The translations under genes were made by a program, and so were the position numbers. A stretch of 64,000 nt of DNA from Zygnema circumcarinatum SAG 698-1b (taxonomy: Eukaryota; Plantae; Zygnematophyceae). The first letter of the stretch is position 1. Each line of letters opens with the position of its first letter. The DNA lies in contig CM074822.1 in the NCBI GenBank assembly GCA_037447605.1, forward strand, positions 1,883,492 to 1,947,491, read 5' to 3'. The notes beneath the pieces are model-generated. The model searched no databases and was not told the origin of the DNA. It saw only the letters and a program-made list of their open reading frames with translations. Below, one piece after another: positions 1 to 13,074 of this stretch.

Positions 1-3000
1 TTCGACGGCTTTTGCTCGCCATTTGTCAAGCATAGGGCCCTCCAGAATCTGGAAGTCAAACAAGCCTCTGCTGCTGTCAAGTGCTGCTATTTTCCGTTTG
101 CTTCTCTTGGTGGTCGCCCACGCGCCACTAAGAATATGACATGACCGTCCTCACAAAAACTTCGATTACCCTCACAATAATCTTCTGGGTTTCTGCCTGA
201 TGGTTCCTATCCAAACCTGCTTCCAAACTTTCAATTACCTACGGGCAAAAATTTCTGAAGAAAACCGCAGTTCAACTTTAGATTACATCCAAGCAGCAGT
301 GTAGCAATAGCATGCTGTGCTGCAACTGTCGTTCAATTTCTTCCAGCTTTAGATTGATCAATTTTTGCCTGAGTCATAGTGCCTTTAAAACTGACCTCTT
401 CGAGTCTCCCAATATCATGCTTCGTGCCAAGGGCTGCCGCTTTCACCTCCTGCCAGTTCGTCAGCACGTTCTGCGCTATCTTCTGTTGTCTTGCCTTTAC
501 TATCCGAATTTCTGCTGCCTCTTTCCCCCTTCCTGTATGGCCCAAACATTTAATGCCACAGAACTTGAGTCGTACGGCAGCCTGACAAGATTACATGCTG
601 AGACTACGGCGGTGCTTCAAAAGCAATTACGACTATATATAGATGGAGTGACATCAAGACGAGACCGAACTATGATCAGTCAAAACTCATGTACTCAGAG
701 GTTTCAAGAGCAGAGATGGTCCTGTGGTCTTTGAGTTTAAGTCATATGTTTGTGTACCGATTGAAGAAAACCAAAGAGAAGAAAGAAGGAATGAAGGAGA
801 ACTTCCACAAGCCATTCTCTCACCTAATGACTCTGAGATTTCAGATACTGCAGCTGGAAATTGTCCAATTGCGAACCTCCCACCAATGTGCTTTCTGCCC
901 ACATAACCTGCCACAATTGCGCTCCCAAGAGCAAAACAGAGAAGCACCATCTTTCCTCCATTCCACCATGAGCTCTTCTCCTTCTGCTCCCTGGCAGCAG
1001 ACAGCTCTCCTTCCTCGTCCGCCATGTCCAAAAGTCCGTTGCCCCCTCGACCAAAACCAAACTCTGTGCTTCCATGAGCTGCCTCTCGATCCATTTCAGA
1101 AAGCATAGCCACATCGCCAGACCCTCCAAAGACTTCTCTATCTCTCAACCAGAACTCCCGTTGACTCCGATTCCGTGCCACAATAGCTGTCTCTACTGTC
1201 CCTTCAGACTTTGCAACATATTGACTTTGATTGTTTCCGTTTCTCTGCTGCCAGGCTCCATTCTGTATCACTGCATTCCCCTTCCCTTCGTCAGTTTCGA
1301 ACTTTCCATTCGCAAGAACACCTCGCAACGCCCTCAAGGCGGCCAAGGCCTGTCTTGCCGCCCCTCCTGCTTGCGCACCTGCATCTTTGATACTATTCAG
1401 ACAAAGTGCAGAACCCCTCTCTAAGCCGTCCAATTCGTTTATAACCACAGGAGCATCGAAGTAATCCCTCAGGCTGACTTGCTTTCCCTCCAGATCCCTA
1501 AACCGTTGGATGAGAATCTCTTCCAGCCACCAATGCAGTGCTACACAGAGGCCGGAAAGAAGCTCCGCTTTCAGGGGCTTCTGATCCATCTCACTTCTTC
1601 CCGTCGCTTGTCCATTGGTGACTTTAGCACCCCCCTCTGCGACTTCATCCCAATCTCTGCCTACCTCAACATCCACTCCTAATCCTGTCCCAGTCATTTG
1701 ATTCCACCACAGGCCTGAAGCCTCTGGAGAATTCTCATACACAAATCTTGCCATTGTGAGGTCGCCTGTGGGCGGATCTTCATCCAATCCCAGCCGCATG
1801 AGGCAGTCTCCCACCTGCCCCAAGAGTAGAGCACACATAGCTCGCTCTACCGACAGTTCGTTTGGAAGAAACCCTTCACTTTCCTTGCTCGCCCTCTGCA
1901 GGACATCTGACCGCTCCTCCAGCTCAGCAAGACGAGCATCTGCTTCTTTAATGTCACTCGGACGATTGTTGAAGAATCCCCTCGCAACAAGTGCGAGAGC
2001 GATGGAATATGCCTCGGCTGCTTCAGCATCGAGTGTCTCAGGGCTGTCCTGGTCAAACTCAATCTGGGACAACACAGAACGCGAAGAAGGAAACAGTTCA
2101 TTACAGTGGAAACAGGCTCAGGCTTCCAGAAACAGCACACTGAGCTGTAGCTTAACCTTGTCACTCTCTATGTTGCGTTTCACCAGAGACTGTTCTCCAT
2201 GAGCAACAGATTGCAAGGCTTGTGATTCACATCCACTGGTAATGCCACGATAGGTAAGAAAAACGTCAGTCTCTCTGACTAAGAGACCTCTCTCAGCCAA
2301 GGGTATCTTCAACTTTTGACGGCACAGGCTGTACGCACCTGCTCTATTGTCGTCATCTGACGGAATGCCTGGTGAATGAACTCAACTCGCTTCATACCAC
2401 CTGGGATTTCGACGGGCTCACCGCTCTCATCCACATTCCAGAGGAGTGTTCGCACACCCTGCCAACCCTCCAGCTCGTTTCTGAGCTTGTTGCAAGAGCA
2501 TACTCCAGTGCAGACTACAAATTCAAACTCAAACATATCTAGTTGACAAGAAGTCAAATCACAAGCGGAGAAATGGGAGACAAGAGGGCTATGGGGGCTA
2601 AATGGAGAAGAAGTGGGCCCATCGAATAGGGCAAAAAACAAGGTCAAGTGATGTCCGAGACAGAGAGAAGAACACATAAAGAGGGGGGCAGCATGAATTG
2701 AACAAATGATGCGGTTTAGAGAGGGACAAGCACAAAAGTAGTCATGAATAAGCTCTCACCTCAAGGCCCTCCTTGCGACCGCTACTATGCACGGAATCCA
2801 AAGGCAGAGCCAGTAAGTCTAAAATGCATTGTGGTGTCAGCAGTCGCAGAACTTCATCAATCTCCTCTTGCAGCTTCGGTGCTAGGCTTGGGCCACCGAC
2901 ATTCTGCAGAGAGCACCTCCATTCATCAGCATGCCTGCAAACCTTGGCTTTGTCTGGTGTCACCTCCCAAACGTACAAGCCACAAATCTCACTGTGTAAG

Positions 3001-4546
3001 CCGACATTTTTTCCGCTGATTGTACTTTGGATTATCATTTAACTTTGTCAACGCTCCCTACTGTCAGCGTTTAAACACCCTCTACAAGTGGCGACCTCGT
3101 TGAACAACATGACTCTATCACTTCCAAAGGAATCTTAACCATGTACTTTGACGATTACCGAAGTTCTGTTCAGCAAACTACAAGTAGCATTTTGTACCTG
3201 CAACACTTTCATTGCCGTCTCCAAGTACTCGAAACCCTTGCCCAGTGTTCCAGGAGGAGGAGGAATGCGAGCATCTGCAGAATTAGCACCCTCCAAAATC
3301 GCCATAGTTTCGCGATACAAGTCGACATATGCCAGAGCTGTCGCCAGTGCCACATCCTGCTCAAAGTTACCATTTCGAACGACTCCCCCACGCCGGAATG
3401 ATTTCTCCTCTAACAAACGCTCTCCAATTTCCACTACCAGCTTCGCCTCTCCAGCCTCTTGAAGCACACAAAGTGCACCAGGCACCTGCGAGCACATGGA
3501 TGAGTCGGGATCAGGAAAAACTAGTATTGTAGAATTTTACTTCCAAGTCTGGAGAAAAAGACTGAGGTACAGCACTGAAAGTCCAAGTCCAATGGCGCAC
3601 TTCCGCCTGCTTGCGGCTCGAGTTTCAGCAGCTGCATTCCCAAAAAATGACCCTTACCTTCTCTAAGGGAACATCCACAGCGCAAGCTTCTCTTTCTTTG
3701 GATGCCGCCCTGGCTAGAGTCATTTCTTCATTGTAATCCTTTCGAGCTATAGGATCAGACAGTAGGTCTCGAGCTCCTCGCAGAATTTCGAGACGTGCTG
3801 CCCGAGCTTGTAAACTGTAGCCTTCCTCCGGAATTGTGTCGATTCGAAATCTATAGCCCTGCTCGATCGCCTCTTGTTTATAGTAGAGCTCTGTGCCAAG
3901 AATCTGCATGTTTTCAAAAGAGAAATGGGTTAACCATTACCCTGAGCGATAATTGTATCTCTGATGCGGAGTATCGGGGGGCAAAGACGTCACAGGTCAG
4001 CAAACTCAGCCAAAACACATGATGAAGGGAATTTGCTGACAATACTGGTTAATATTAATTGCTCGATTCATTCTGCAACAAGTAAGCAAAAAATTCTTCA
4101 TCAGGCATGAAGACATAATGGACGTAAAGACATAGTTCAAATAGCTGAGCAATGCAAACCTTATAGTAGTCCAATGGCAGCGCGACACACGGGCCGACGG
4201 CTGGGGAAGTGGCAACTGCAACTGAAATCGTCACGTTTCTCCGCCGCGGAGCCGTCTGGCTTACTGCCGGCTGTTGAAGCCGCCGGCCTTTGAAACTCTC
4301 ATCGTCTCGACCGTGCCAAATGCAGCGACCAGAAAAGCAGGGCTTCTGCACCACCCGCCCTTCGAGGGAGGGTGCCGCGTGCAGCGAACGCGACGAAGAA
4401 CACTCGACTGCGAACGAAAGCGGCGTTTTGCACAGAGAGAGACCGACAGCCTGGTCGAAGGTCGAGTCCCCCTTGGCCAGGCAAGAGGCCCTGTGGGAAA
4501 GGCACATAGCCTGCGCATTGCAAGCTGCCAGATGAGGCCCTGCCAT
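1..4546 (-). CDS. ARC6: ARC6/Ftn2 chloroplast division protein (J-like domain, single TM, intermembrane-space domain); 3' end continues beyond the window start
   Basis: Exons (approx.) 4546-4160, 3903-3658, ~3485-3195, ~2906-2760, ~2480-2338, ~2063-824, 532-396, 48-1; the boundaries checked (exons 1, 2, end of 6, 7, 8) are GT-AG in matching phase. Motifs: transit-like N-terminus then LPLDYYK|ILG; ALALVARGF..RPSDIKEAD; ERAMCALLLGQVGDC..LGL; LSGLC...W......RFRD.......DYFDAP; TM VLLCFALGSAIVAGY; IAQNVLTNWQEVKAAALG..HDIGRLEE|ILEGPMLDKW. All match ARC6. Confidence 0.92.
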
Positions 4547-4960
4547 GACTGCCGCCACAGCGAGCTCCTCCAACTCTCTCCCTCCCTCTACCTCTCCTTC
4601 CCCCTCTCTCTCCCTCTCCCTCTCCCAATCTCCCTCCCTCCCTCCCTCTCTGCGTCTCTCCCTCCCTCTCTGCGCCTCTCCCTTTCCCCCCTCCCTCCCC
4701 CGGCTCCAACGGGCAGGGCAGCGCGCGGTCCGTTGGCGATTCAAACAAGGCCGCCCGGCGCGCCTCCGCTCGTGCGGCCCCGCCCATCGCCCGCCGTCGT
4801 TGCTGCCCCCGTCCGCCACGCGCTCCGTGCACGCCGTTGGCCGTTGCGTGGACTCCCTGCCACTCACAGTCCCGTGAAGCGGCGACGCGTGTCGCGACAT
4901 GGAACGGGGGACAGGACTCCACGATGGCAACCATGGCGGCCTCGTCCAATGGGCATCTAT

Positions 4961-4984
4961 CACGTGTACAAAAGTGTACACGTG
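4961..4984. promoter_or_regulatory. Inverted pair of G-boxes in the ARC6/GWT1 bidirectional promoter
   Basis: CACGTGTACA-AAAG-TGTACACGTG: perfect 10-bp arms, each containing CACGTG; the right box extends to CACGTGGC. A CCAAT lies at 4946-4950. It sits in the 534 bp between the two ATGs. Confidence 0.5.
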
Positions 4985-5080
4985 GCGAGTCGCCATTGAA
5001 GGTCGCTGTGAAGCGGACACTGGCGGAAGGAGCCGGGGAGGGCCGCGAGGGGCTAGCAGGCAGGCGGGCTCGCGCCTGCC

Positions 5081-8000
5081 ATGGCGCCTCCTGCTCCTGC
5101 TCCTGCGCCTGCCCATGGGGCCGCGTCAGACGCTCTGCTTCTCAAAGGCGTCAAGCAGCTGAAGGAAGAGTGAGCATGCCGCGTCCACCTCCTCGTCTGC
5201 TCCTTCATATTCTAGCTGCCCGCTATCTGTCCTCGTGTGCCTTGGGCGACTGCTTGTGCCGACGTGGCGGTCAGCAGAGCTTGGTTAAATCCTCTGGCAG
5301 AGCACTTGCGCCTTCTGTGCTCTGTCGTGTCACTTGAGGATTTCGGTATAGCTTCCGTTATTCGTGCCTTATGCGCACCGTACACCTTGCTATATCGCGC
5401 TTAACTGCGACATTCCCAGAATTCTATGGCATTATAGGACACATTGTCCGGCCCTGCCAATGACATGTTGATGCGACTGTACTTCCAGTAAATGATCTAC
5501 ACAGCACTACATTCGCAAAAGGGTCCAATGCTCAAATATAGGAAAAACTTTGAATCATCTCGATGTCACTGTGCTAATGCGAAACTTTTTTAATGCCGGA
5601 CATCATATGCATTGTCACGACATTGCACACTTCTTGCCTGTAACGATTCAAGGCTTCGCAATTGTCATAAATATGCGTGTCCCTGTAACACTCGTGCTGT
5701 AAGGTTCTATGTTGAACCGTGTGTCGATTATGACCCTTTGCCTCTTTTGCTGTCGGGTTGTGCAGTTTTGTCACGGGTCTGAAAGGGACGACTATGCTTG
5801 AGATTTCCACAATGGCTATGCTTGTTTGTGTAAGGCTACACATCGCTTTCTTTTTAGAAACAAACTGGACGGAGTGGGAATTCCTGGCATGGACAACAGA
5901 AAGAAAATGCCTTAACCTGACACGAACAAGAACTTATTCTCGTCACTGACTTGAGCCACCGAAAAGAAATGCTTACTACTGAGTGTACACTTTTAAAGAA
6001 GCGGTGGAAAATCTGCTTGATGTTTGACGGCCCGTCAATGAACATATGAGGCCTAATTGTGCTTCTCATGAGCAAGCCCTCTGGCCAGGATAAATGGACG
6101 TCGGTAGTAGTGCGAAGTTTTCGACAATCAGACACCTGCTAATTCCCTGCGCTGCTTGCCTTGGGCAGGCCTTCGTTGTGCTTCGCCAGTTAACCACTTC
6201 CCTTCAGTGTATGTCCGTTAACCTTGTGATGTCCGGCCTTGAACCCGTGAAATCTATGTATGGGTAAATCCTTATCGCTACTGTAAAGATGGTTGTCTTT
6301 TTGGAAACGAAGGCAGTTCTATGTTGTATGCTCTGCAGCTGAGCGCAAATTGCGCACGTTTTTTATCGAGCGTTCGTGTTTCTGCGGATGTGTAGGGACT
6401 TGTTGGGATGAGAAGTCCCCCACAGGCATTAGCAGTGGAAGGACAAGGAAAGCGATGTGGGCCCCCTATGGGTCATGGCTCATGGACTTCGTAGTCATCG
6501 TGTTGCCCACTGTAGCCTGCATGACGGTTGGCCTTTCTATCCTTTTCCCGTTCCGTCTTCAGTTGAGCTTTGAGTTGTAGAGCATAGTGAAAAATTCAAT
6601 GATTAGGACCTTTTATACAAGCCAACTCCAGTCCTAGAACCATCTACACTCTCATCCCCGTACGTTTTTGAAAGATGTGGATGGTTTGTTCTGAAGTCGA
6701 GACATCGAAAAATTCAAGTACTCAAAGTGACTCCTTGTGAGATTGTCTCCTGTTAAGGATAATTTTCTCATCTTTATTTGGCTATCTTTTCCTTACTTTG
6801 CCAGGTGCTAGCAGACCATTTGTACATGGTTTTTTCTGTCCTCCTTACTCTGTTTGCAACAGCTCTCCTCGCCCCAAAGTAAGGGTCTCAGGGTTCACGG
6901 AGTTCTGAATGCGCAACACCCGCTGCTGAATGATGAACTTTGCCACAACTTTGAAGCAATTGTGACCAGAAGCGCGTTTGTGTGAAAGAATTAAACTTTT
7001 ATCCGAGCTGTCATTCCGCATTGAGCAGGTTGTTCGGGCTTCCTTTGCTGCCAGTCGACTCGACAATCCAATCGGAGAAAGAAGAGCCACTTGTGGGTTC
7101 TAGGAAGGAATTTTTTGCTATGTACAGGTTTACAATGGTATGGCTGATATCCAGACAACCCTCTCGCAGAGTTGGCATGTCATCCCCTCCTTATTGATCC
7201 GGAAAAGCGGATAGAAACAGAAGGCTTCTCTAAGGATGGAGCCTTACGTTCATTCAAGATTCTCAACTTGCTTTTTCCCCTCCTGGTTTGGCTCCTGAAT
7301 TGGGGTCCCCAATTGAAGCATGCAGATGATGACTACGTGCATTGCAATTCTGGCAGTGGACTTTCACGCTTTTCCAAGACGCTATGCGAAGACTGAAACT
7401 TATGGAACAGGGCTTGTACGTTCTCCACTCTGTTTTTTGACTTCTTTACTTCGGGGCTCTTGGCGTTTTGCTTCCTTCGTTCCCACATTTCTTGCGTTCG
7501 GGTTTAGGCCACCCTTCCATTTAAACATCTCTAACCTCCACAACGATGCAAACTTCAAACGTGGTCGAGGAAAGCGCAAACACGTTGAGGAGGGATGTTT
7601 TCCTTGAGAGTGGAAGTTGGTCATCTTCGTTATGTGACTATGTTTGAGTCTGAGTTTAAGTTCCGTGCAAAATGAACAAAGAAATGAGCAGAGGGTACTC
7701 CCCTCTGTGTTCCCTCACTGCGAATGCCCGTACAGGGCTTGACGCATAGGACCTTATGAGCGGGGCTTGCAGATGGACATTGGCGTGGGCAGCTTCGTAT
7801 GCGCAAACGCTTTCGTTTCCAAACACGCTCGCCACACATCCAGTTCTAAGTACTTTGTGACTCTTCACTTTGTGCTTTTCCTCCCATAGATCGCCAGCAT
7901 CCCACTGCATCCCCTTCTGAAGCAGCTAACTCCAGAGATCAGAGATAAGAAAGAGAAAGAGAAGAGAAGAGAAGAGAAGAGAGATAAGATAAGAGAGAGA

Positions 8001-10806
8001 TTTCTCTACCTATCGCCTGAGGGAGGCTGTCCATGGCTGCCAATGGGCGCAGGGGGGAGAAGAGCATCCTCCGCCGAGTGAGCCCCCTCCTGCTGTTGGG
8101 CTTCGCTCGTCTCGCGCTCGTCAAAGGAGCGGACTACCAGGTAGAGGCTGGGGTATTAGCAGGTGTTCTAGCGGATATTAATAGGGTATAATTAGCCTAA
8201 GATAAGCACTTAGATTTGGGTTTGATGGAATATTATGGACCCCCGGAAGGCCATCCGGCGAACTACGGAGGCTTACTTGTCAGACGTTCGAAGGTAGGCC
8301 TACCCGTGATATGTTCACGTGTTGTTAGTCAGTTTCAGTGATGAATGTGTGTGTGTGTATGTGTGTGTGTGTGTCTTCTGGCAGCAACCAAATAGTCGTT
8401 ATTCGTGAGTTCCCTTTCATCATCACATCTCCTTTGGGAGGTTTTGGCGCAGGAGCATGTGGGGGAATATGGCGTCCATTGGAACTTCTTCTTCACGCTG
8501 GCGACTGTTGCTCTGCTTGCCTCCGCCGCTCCCTTCTCCTCCCCAACCTGCGGCCTTCTCGGCCTCACCCTTCTCTCCGGTGCATTGCCATTGCCATCTC
8601 CCTCTCAAATGTGCAAATGACCTTCAGTTGGGTCCGTCCTAATTTGAATTCAGCTGCCTCACCCTCCTCCTCGGAGGGTCCCCAGGATATCAGGGTGCGC
8701 TATCATGGGGGGGATGGAGTGACTACCTCATGGCCGATGAAAGGAGAGACGACCTCCTCTCTCTCAACAAGGAGGGCATCGCCAGTTCCGTCGGTGAGAG
8801 CCCTAAAAGTGCATTGAGGGGGCGAAGGGTGCATGGGGGCTCACTCTGCAAATCTCAAACGGTCGTGACTCGAGCATTGCCTGCAATGGGACTCGCCTCT
8901 CATGGTTTGCATATGGCTATGGATGCTCTCTGCTCACAGGCTTTCTGGCCCTATATCTTCTCAGCGTCGAACTTGGGAAATTTCTCTGGTGGGACCCTCC
9001 GGGTCAGTAGAGTCTATTTTCTAACTCCTTCCTCTCTTGCTCTTTCTCGCAACTAGAAGAAGAGCGTGTTTCCCAGTTCCATGCAACGCAGATCAGCGTA
9101 CTAACGAATCCCTTTCTGTCACATTTTCACAAAGTTTTTGTTTGCGCAATGTTTCCCTGCTCTTAGGACAGAGCACGGCAGTTGGTGGATTTCCCGACAG
9201 TGGCAGCAAGCGGTCGGCGTGTGCCTGCTTGACGCGGGGCTGTGGTGAGAGCGCGGCAGAGAGTGAGGGAGTGAGTGAGTGAGGGAGTGAGGGAGTGAGT
9301 GAGTGAGTGAGTGAGTGAGTGAGGGAGTGAGTGAGTGAGTGAGTGAGTGAGGGAGTGAGGGAGTGAGGGAGTGAGTGAGTGAGTGAGTGAGTGAGTGAGT
9401 GAGTGAGTGAGTGAGTGAGGGAGTGAGGGAGTGAGGGAGTGAGGGAGTGAGGGAGTGAGTGAGTGAGTGAGTGAGTGAGTGAGTGAGGGAGTGAGTGAGG
9501 GAGTGAGTGAGTGAGGGAGTGAGGGAGTGAGGGAGTGAGTGAGTGAGTGAGTGAGTGAGTGAGTGAGTGAGTGAGTGAGGGAGTGAGTGAGTGAGTGAGT
9601 GAGTGAGTGAGTGAGTGAGTGAGTGAGTGAGGGAGTGAGTGAGTGAGTGAGTGAGGTGAGTGAGGGAGTGAGTGAGTGATTGAGTGAGTGAGTGAGTGAG
9701 GGAGTGAGTGAGTGAGTGAGTGAGTGAGTGAGTGAGGGAGTGAGTGAGGGAGTGAGTGAGTGAGGGAGTGAGGGAGTGAGGGAGTGAGTGAGTGATTGAG
9801 TGAGTGAGTGAGTGAGGGAGTGAGTGAGTGAGGGAGTGAGTGAGTGAGTGAGGGAGTGAGTGGCCCTCCCTCTCAAGCTGAGCGCGCTTCAGTGAGTCCC
9901 TCCGTTGGCAGGGTGGCGGCAGTCATGGCGGACGCATTCATAGAACGCGTGTCGCGGCGAACGGTAAGTAGCTTCCTCCTGCTGCTGCTGCAGTTGCACT
10001 TGCGGTTCGCCCAGGAGTGTGTGTCATGTGATGCATGCAATGGCTGCAGTCGGCTGCTGCCTCATAGTGAGAGGTTCTTTTGTTTCTCTCCCGACCGGGG
10101 GGCTGTGACTGTGAGCGCGCCTTACTGTTTGCCGTTGTGCACATTCTCGTTGCATCAGTTAACTACGAGTTAAACAGGTGTAATGGTTTTTTCTTTATTG
10201 GAGGATGTTTGTGTTATTTCTCTCCCTTCCTTTTGACACATGCTATTGGGGGGGCTTTCAACAGTGCAACATGGCGTATGTCATGTGGATGCTGGCACAG
10301 AACGTGCAGGTGAGTCACCCTTCCTTCTGAAGCATTCTGAACGCAAGTCAGGGGACCGTTCTTCTTCTCACGATGTAGGAAACACCATGATCGCGTGTGG
10401 GCAGTTCCTTCTTCTTCCTCCGCAAAGCGGCCCTCACCGCTCGCCTCTCGTGCGTGGCAGGTGGTAGCCGCATTTCTCCTGGCCGGCCTCACGCTTCCAC
10501 GTGGCAGAATCCCTCTCGTGGCTGCCTTTGAGCGGAATCCTCTCTTCCTTTTCTTAGCGGTAAAACCTCCTTCCCCCTCCTCCTCACCTCTGTCCTTTCC
10601 CCCATGTGTTGCTGCGTGCGGCTGAATTACCCAAGCCCCCCCCCCGCCCCCTGTGCTTGCAGGCGAACCTCCTGACGGGCGGGGCCAACCTCGCCCTGGA
10701 CACCATGGCCGCGTCACGTCACGGCGCGGCGGCCCTCCTCACCGCGTACATGGCCGCTCTGTGCGCGCTGGCGGCCGCCATGCCGCGCCCCCTCAAGTTC
10801 TGGTGA
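5081..10806 (+). CDS. GWT1: GPI inositol acyltransferase GWT1/PIG-W
   Basis: Exons approx. 5081-5169, 5766-5830, ~6380-6527, ~7050-7137, 7326-7415, 7773-7848, 8053-8140, 8453-8579, 8686-8794, 8940-8988, ~9911-9963, 10265-10309, 10461-10559, 10663-10806. Spliced motifs: [17 protein letters not shown]; DFVVIVLP; YRFTM|[30 protein letters not shown]|MDIGVGSF; KGADYQ|[16 protein letters not shown]; LNKEGI; ERVSRRT|CNMAYVMW; [11 protein letters not shown]|ANLLTG; C-terminal LKFW. Confidence 0.93.
9261..9861. repeat. ~600-bp compound (GAGT)n/(GAGG) microsatellite inside a GWT1 intron
   Basis: Direct reading of the sequence; it produces the spurious THSL-repeat ORF 9163..9876. Confidence 0.97.
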
Positions 10807-12423
10807 CGTCACGTGACGTGACGCCAAGGAGGTCTGTGCGTGCGGGAGCAGCGTCGACGTAGTTCCAACACATGGCGCTTGGACCTCGCGCAACCCTCGC
10901 TCGCTGCAGGAGTGTGGCCGAACACTTCATTGTCTGGGCGTTGCGTGCATGGAAATGTTGATGTGCAACTTGTCGGTATTGAAATGCGAGTGGTCTGCTT
11001 CAGCGTTGCGTCTGTAGCCATCCGCCGTTCCTCCCTTGATGTGTTCCGCGCCTGAAGAGCGCACAGAGCGAAGGCGAATGGCCCGGTTTGTGAATCAAAG
11101 ATCACGACACTTGCCGCTGCTCCGCTCGGCGCCCGCACTCCAATTAACAATACAGCACTGGTACGGCAGAGTACCGCGCACTCCAAATAGCACAGCACTA
11201 TATCTCACCCTGAGAACTGACAACATTGTCCTGCCGTGCGAGACTGCCGCGCCGGGTGCTGCACAGGTCGACCATTGGATCAACCTTTCGGCGGGTACCT
11301 AACCTACCATTACCATAATATTCCATTACCATCATTGACTGGCCAACCATTGTTTATCCACCATCGAATGAATCCAATGGTTGCAATTGCTGGCAATGAT
11401 TCGCCAACCATTCCAATGGTTGGTCCAATGCTTGATCCAAACGGTCTGACCTGTGACAACACCTGCAGGTACTACTCCATAGGGGACTCTGCACCTCCTT
11501 GCAGCGTAGTTGCCAGTTCCGTGTCACGTGGCAGCATTAAATTCGCCACGACTACATCGAGTTCGTTCTGGCGTCGAACTGACCTGCAAACTGCGCAGCG
11601 TGTCTTGCCACTCGTTCCACGTCACATGAAGTTCCGTACGGACGGTGGCCGCCGTTGCGACGTGGTGCAGGTATCGCCTCGCCGTCCGTATGTGACCGTA
11701 CAGACCCCGTCAGTGCGGTCTCTTGTCCGTATTCGCGCCCGTCAGATCTTGGACCCGCCGCCGAATCATGTTCCCGATCGGCTCTCGCGGAAGGTGCCGC
11801 GCAAAAACGACAAAACGTATAAACGACCGTGGCCATGGCGCGTGCTCGCGGCGCGTCCACGTGGCACGGCTTGAGGGCGCTTTTCGGCGAGCAGGGCCGG
11901 CGGCTGACGCGGCCGCTCGGCCCTGCGCACCACGTCGCTGGATCTGATCTGATCCGATCCGATCAGCACCGCCCACGCGCACCGAATCGCGATCGGACGC
12001 GATGCGGCCGCGGCACGTGCCCGCGCGCCTCTGGCCACATCGCCAAGGACAAATCTCGTACGAGAAGCATTAAACGCGCGGGCGAGAATTCACGCGCGAC
12101 GACTTCGCCAGGCGGGAGTCAACGCCAAGCGGGGACGGACCGCGCGCCGCGTCGTCTGCCGCGCGGTTGGCGGCCTCCCGCAAATAGCGGCCCGCCAACT
12201 GCGCGGGAGGCACGGGCGGGCGATCAGCGGGCGACCGTAGGGCCGTACGGCGGGGCGTCGTTACGCGGCCGTCGGCACGGGCGGCAGTTATGACTCGCGC
12301 GCGGATCGCTGTCGGCGGCGCTTGTCGTGTAGGGGCCTGTCGCAATCCGCGCGGCGGCGGGATCGGATCTTGAATATTCGCCCACCGGAAATTGCGCAGT
12401 CCCTTTGAGAAGCGCCTGTGGGG

Positions 12424-12793
12424 GCGGGCAGCGGGCAGTGGGCAGCGGGCAGCGGGGCAGCGGGCAGCGGGCAGCGGGCAGCGGGCAGCGGGCAGCGGGC
12501 AGCGGGCAGCGGGCAGCGGGCAGTAGGGCAGTAGGGCAGCGGGCAGGGGACAGCGGGCAGCGGGCAGCGGGCAGTCGATCGGGCAGCTGGCAGTGGGCAG
12601 CGGGCAGTCGAGCAGGCAGCGGGCAGCGGGTAGCGGGCAGTGGGCAGAGTGCAGCAGTGAGCAGCGGGCAGTCGAGCGGGCAGCGGGCAGTAAGCAGCGG
12701 GCAGTCGAGCGGGCAGCGGGCAGCGGGCAATCGATCGGGCAGCTGGCAGTAAGCAGCGGGCAGTCGAGCGGGCAGCGGGCAGTCGAGCGGGCA
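12424..12793. repeat. Degenerate heptamer tandem repeat (GCGGGCA)n
   Basis: Roughly 50 units of gcgggca with variants gtgggca, gtagggca and gtcgagcgggca. Confidence 0.95.
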
Positions 12794-12827
12794 ACGGAGC
12801 CGGCGGGTTGCCGCCGCCGATGCCCTT

Positions 12828-12835
12828 TTTCCCGC
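12828..12835 (+). promoter_or_regulatory. E2F-consensus site TTTCCCGC upstream of the EAR-motif orphan gene
   Basis: Exact match to TTTSSCGC about 240 bp before ATG 13075; a single short motif, so chance occurrence is possible. Confidence 0.25.
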
Positions 12836-13074
12836 GCCCAGCCCGCGCTGCCCGTTCTCTTGCCCGTGCCCCAAAACGTTTCCCGGGCAGGCTGCCCGCG
12901 GCCGCATTGAGTGCCCGGTCCCGGGCGCGGTGCCGCCCGCCAGCTGGCGCCGTCGCGTCCACATGGCGGCGCGGCGCGCACAAGGCAGGCAGCGCCCCGC
13001 GGCCGCCACCGGACGCCCTCCTCCCTCCCTCCCTCCCTCCCTCCCTCCCTCCCTCCNNNNNNNNNNCCCCCGCC

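Noticed and set aside
4055-5337. Many overlapping long ORFs around the ARC6/GWT1 promoter (likewise 40066-40882 and 51173-51996)
   Set aside because: GC-rich promoter/UTR DNA has few stops; only the parts matching ARC6, GWT1 and ELF3 exons are supported.
9163-9876. 237-aa THSL/TPSL repeat ORF
   Set aside because: Translation of an intronic (ACTC)n microsatellite on the antisense strand of GWT1.
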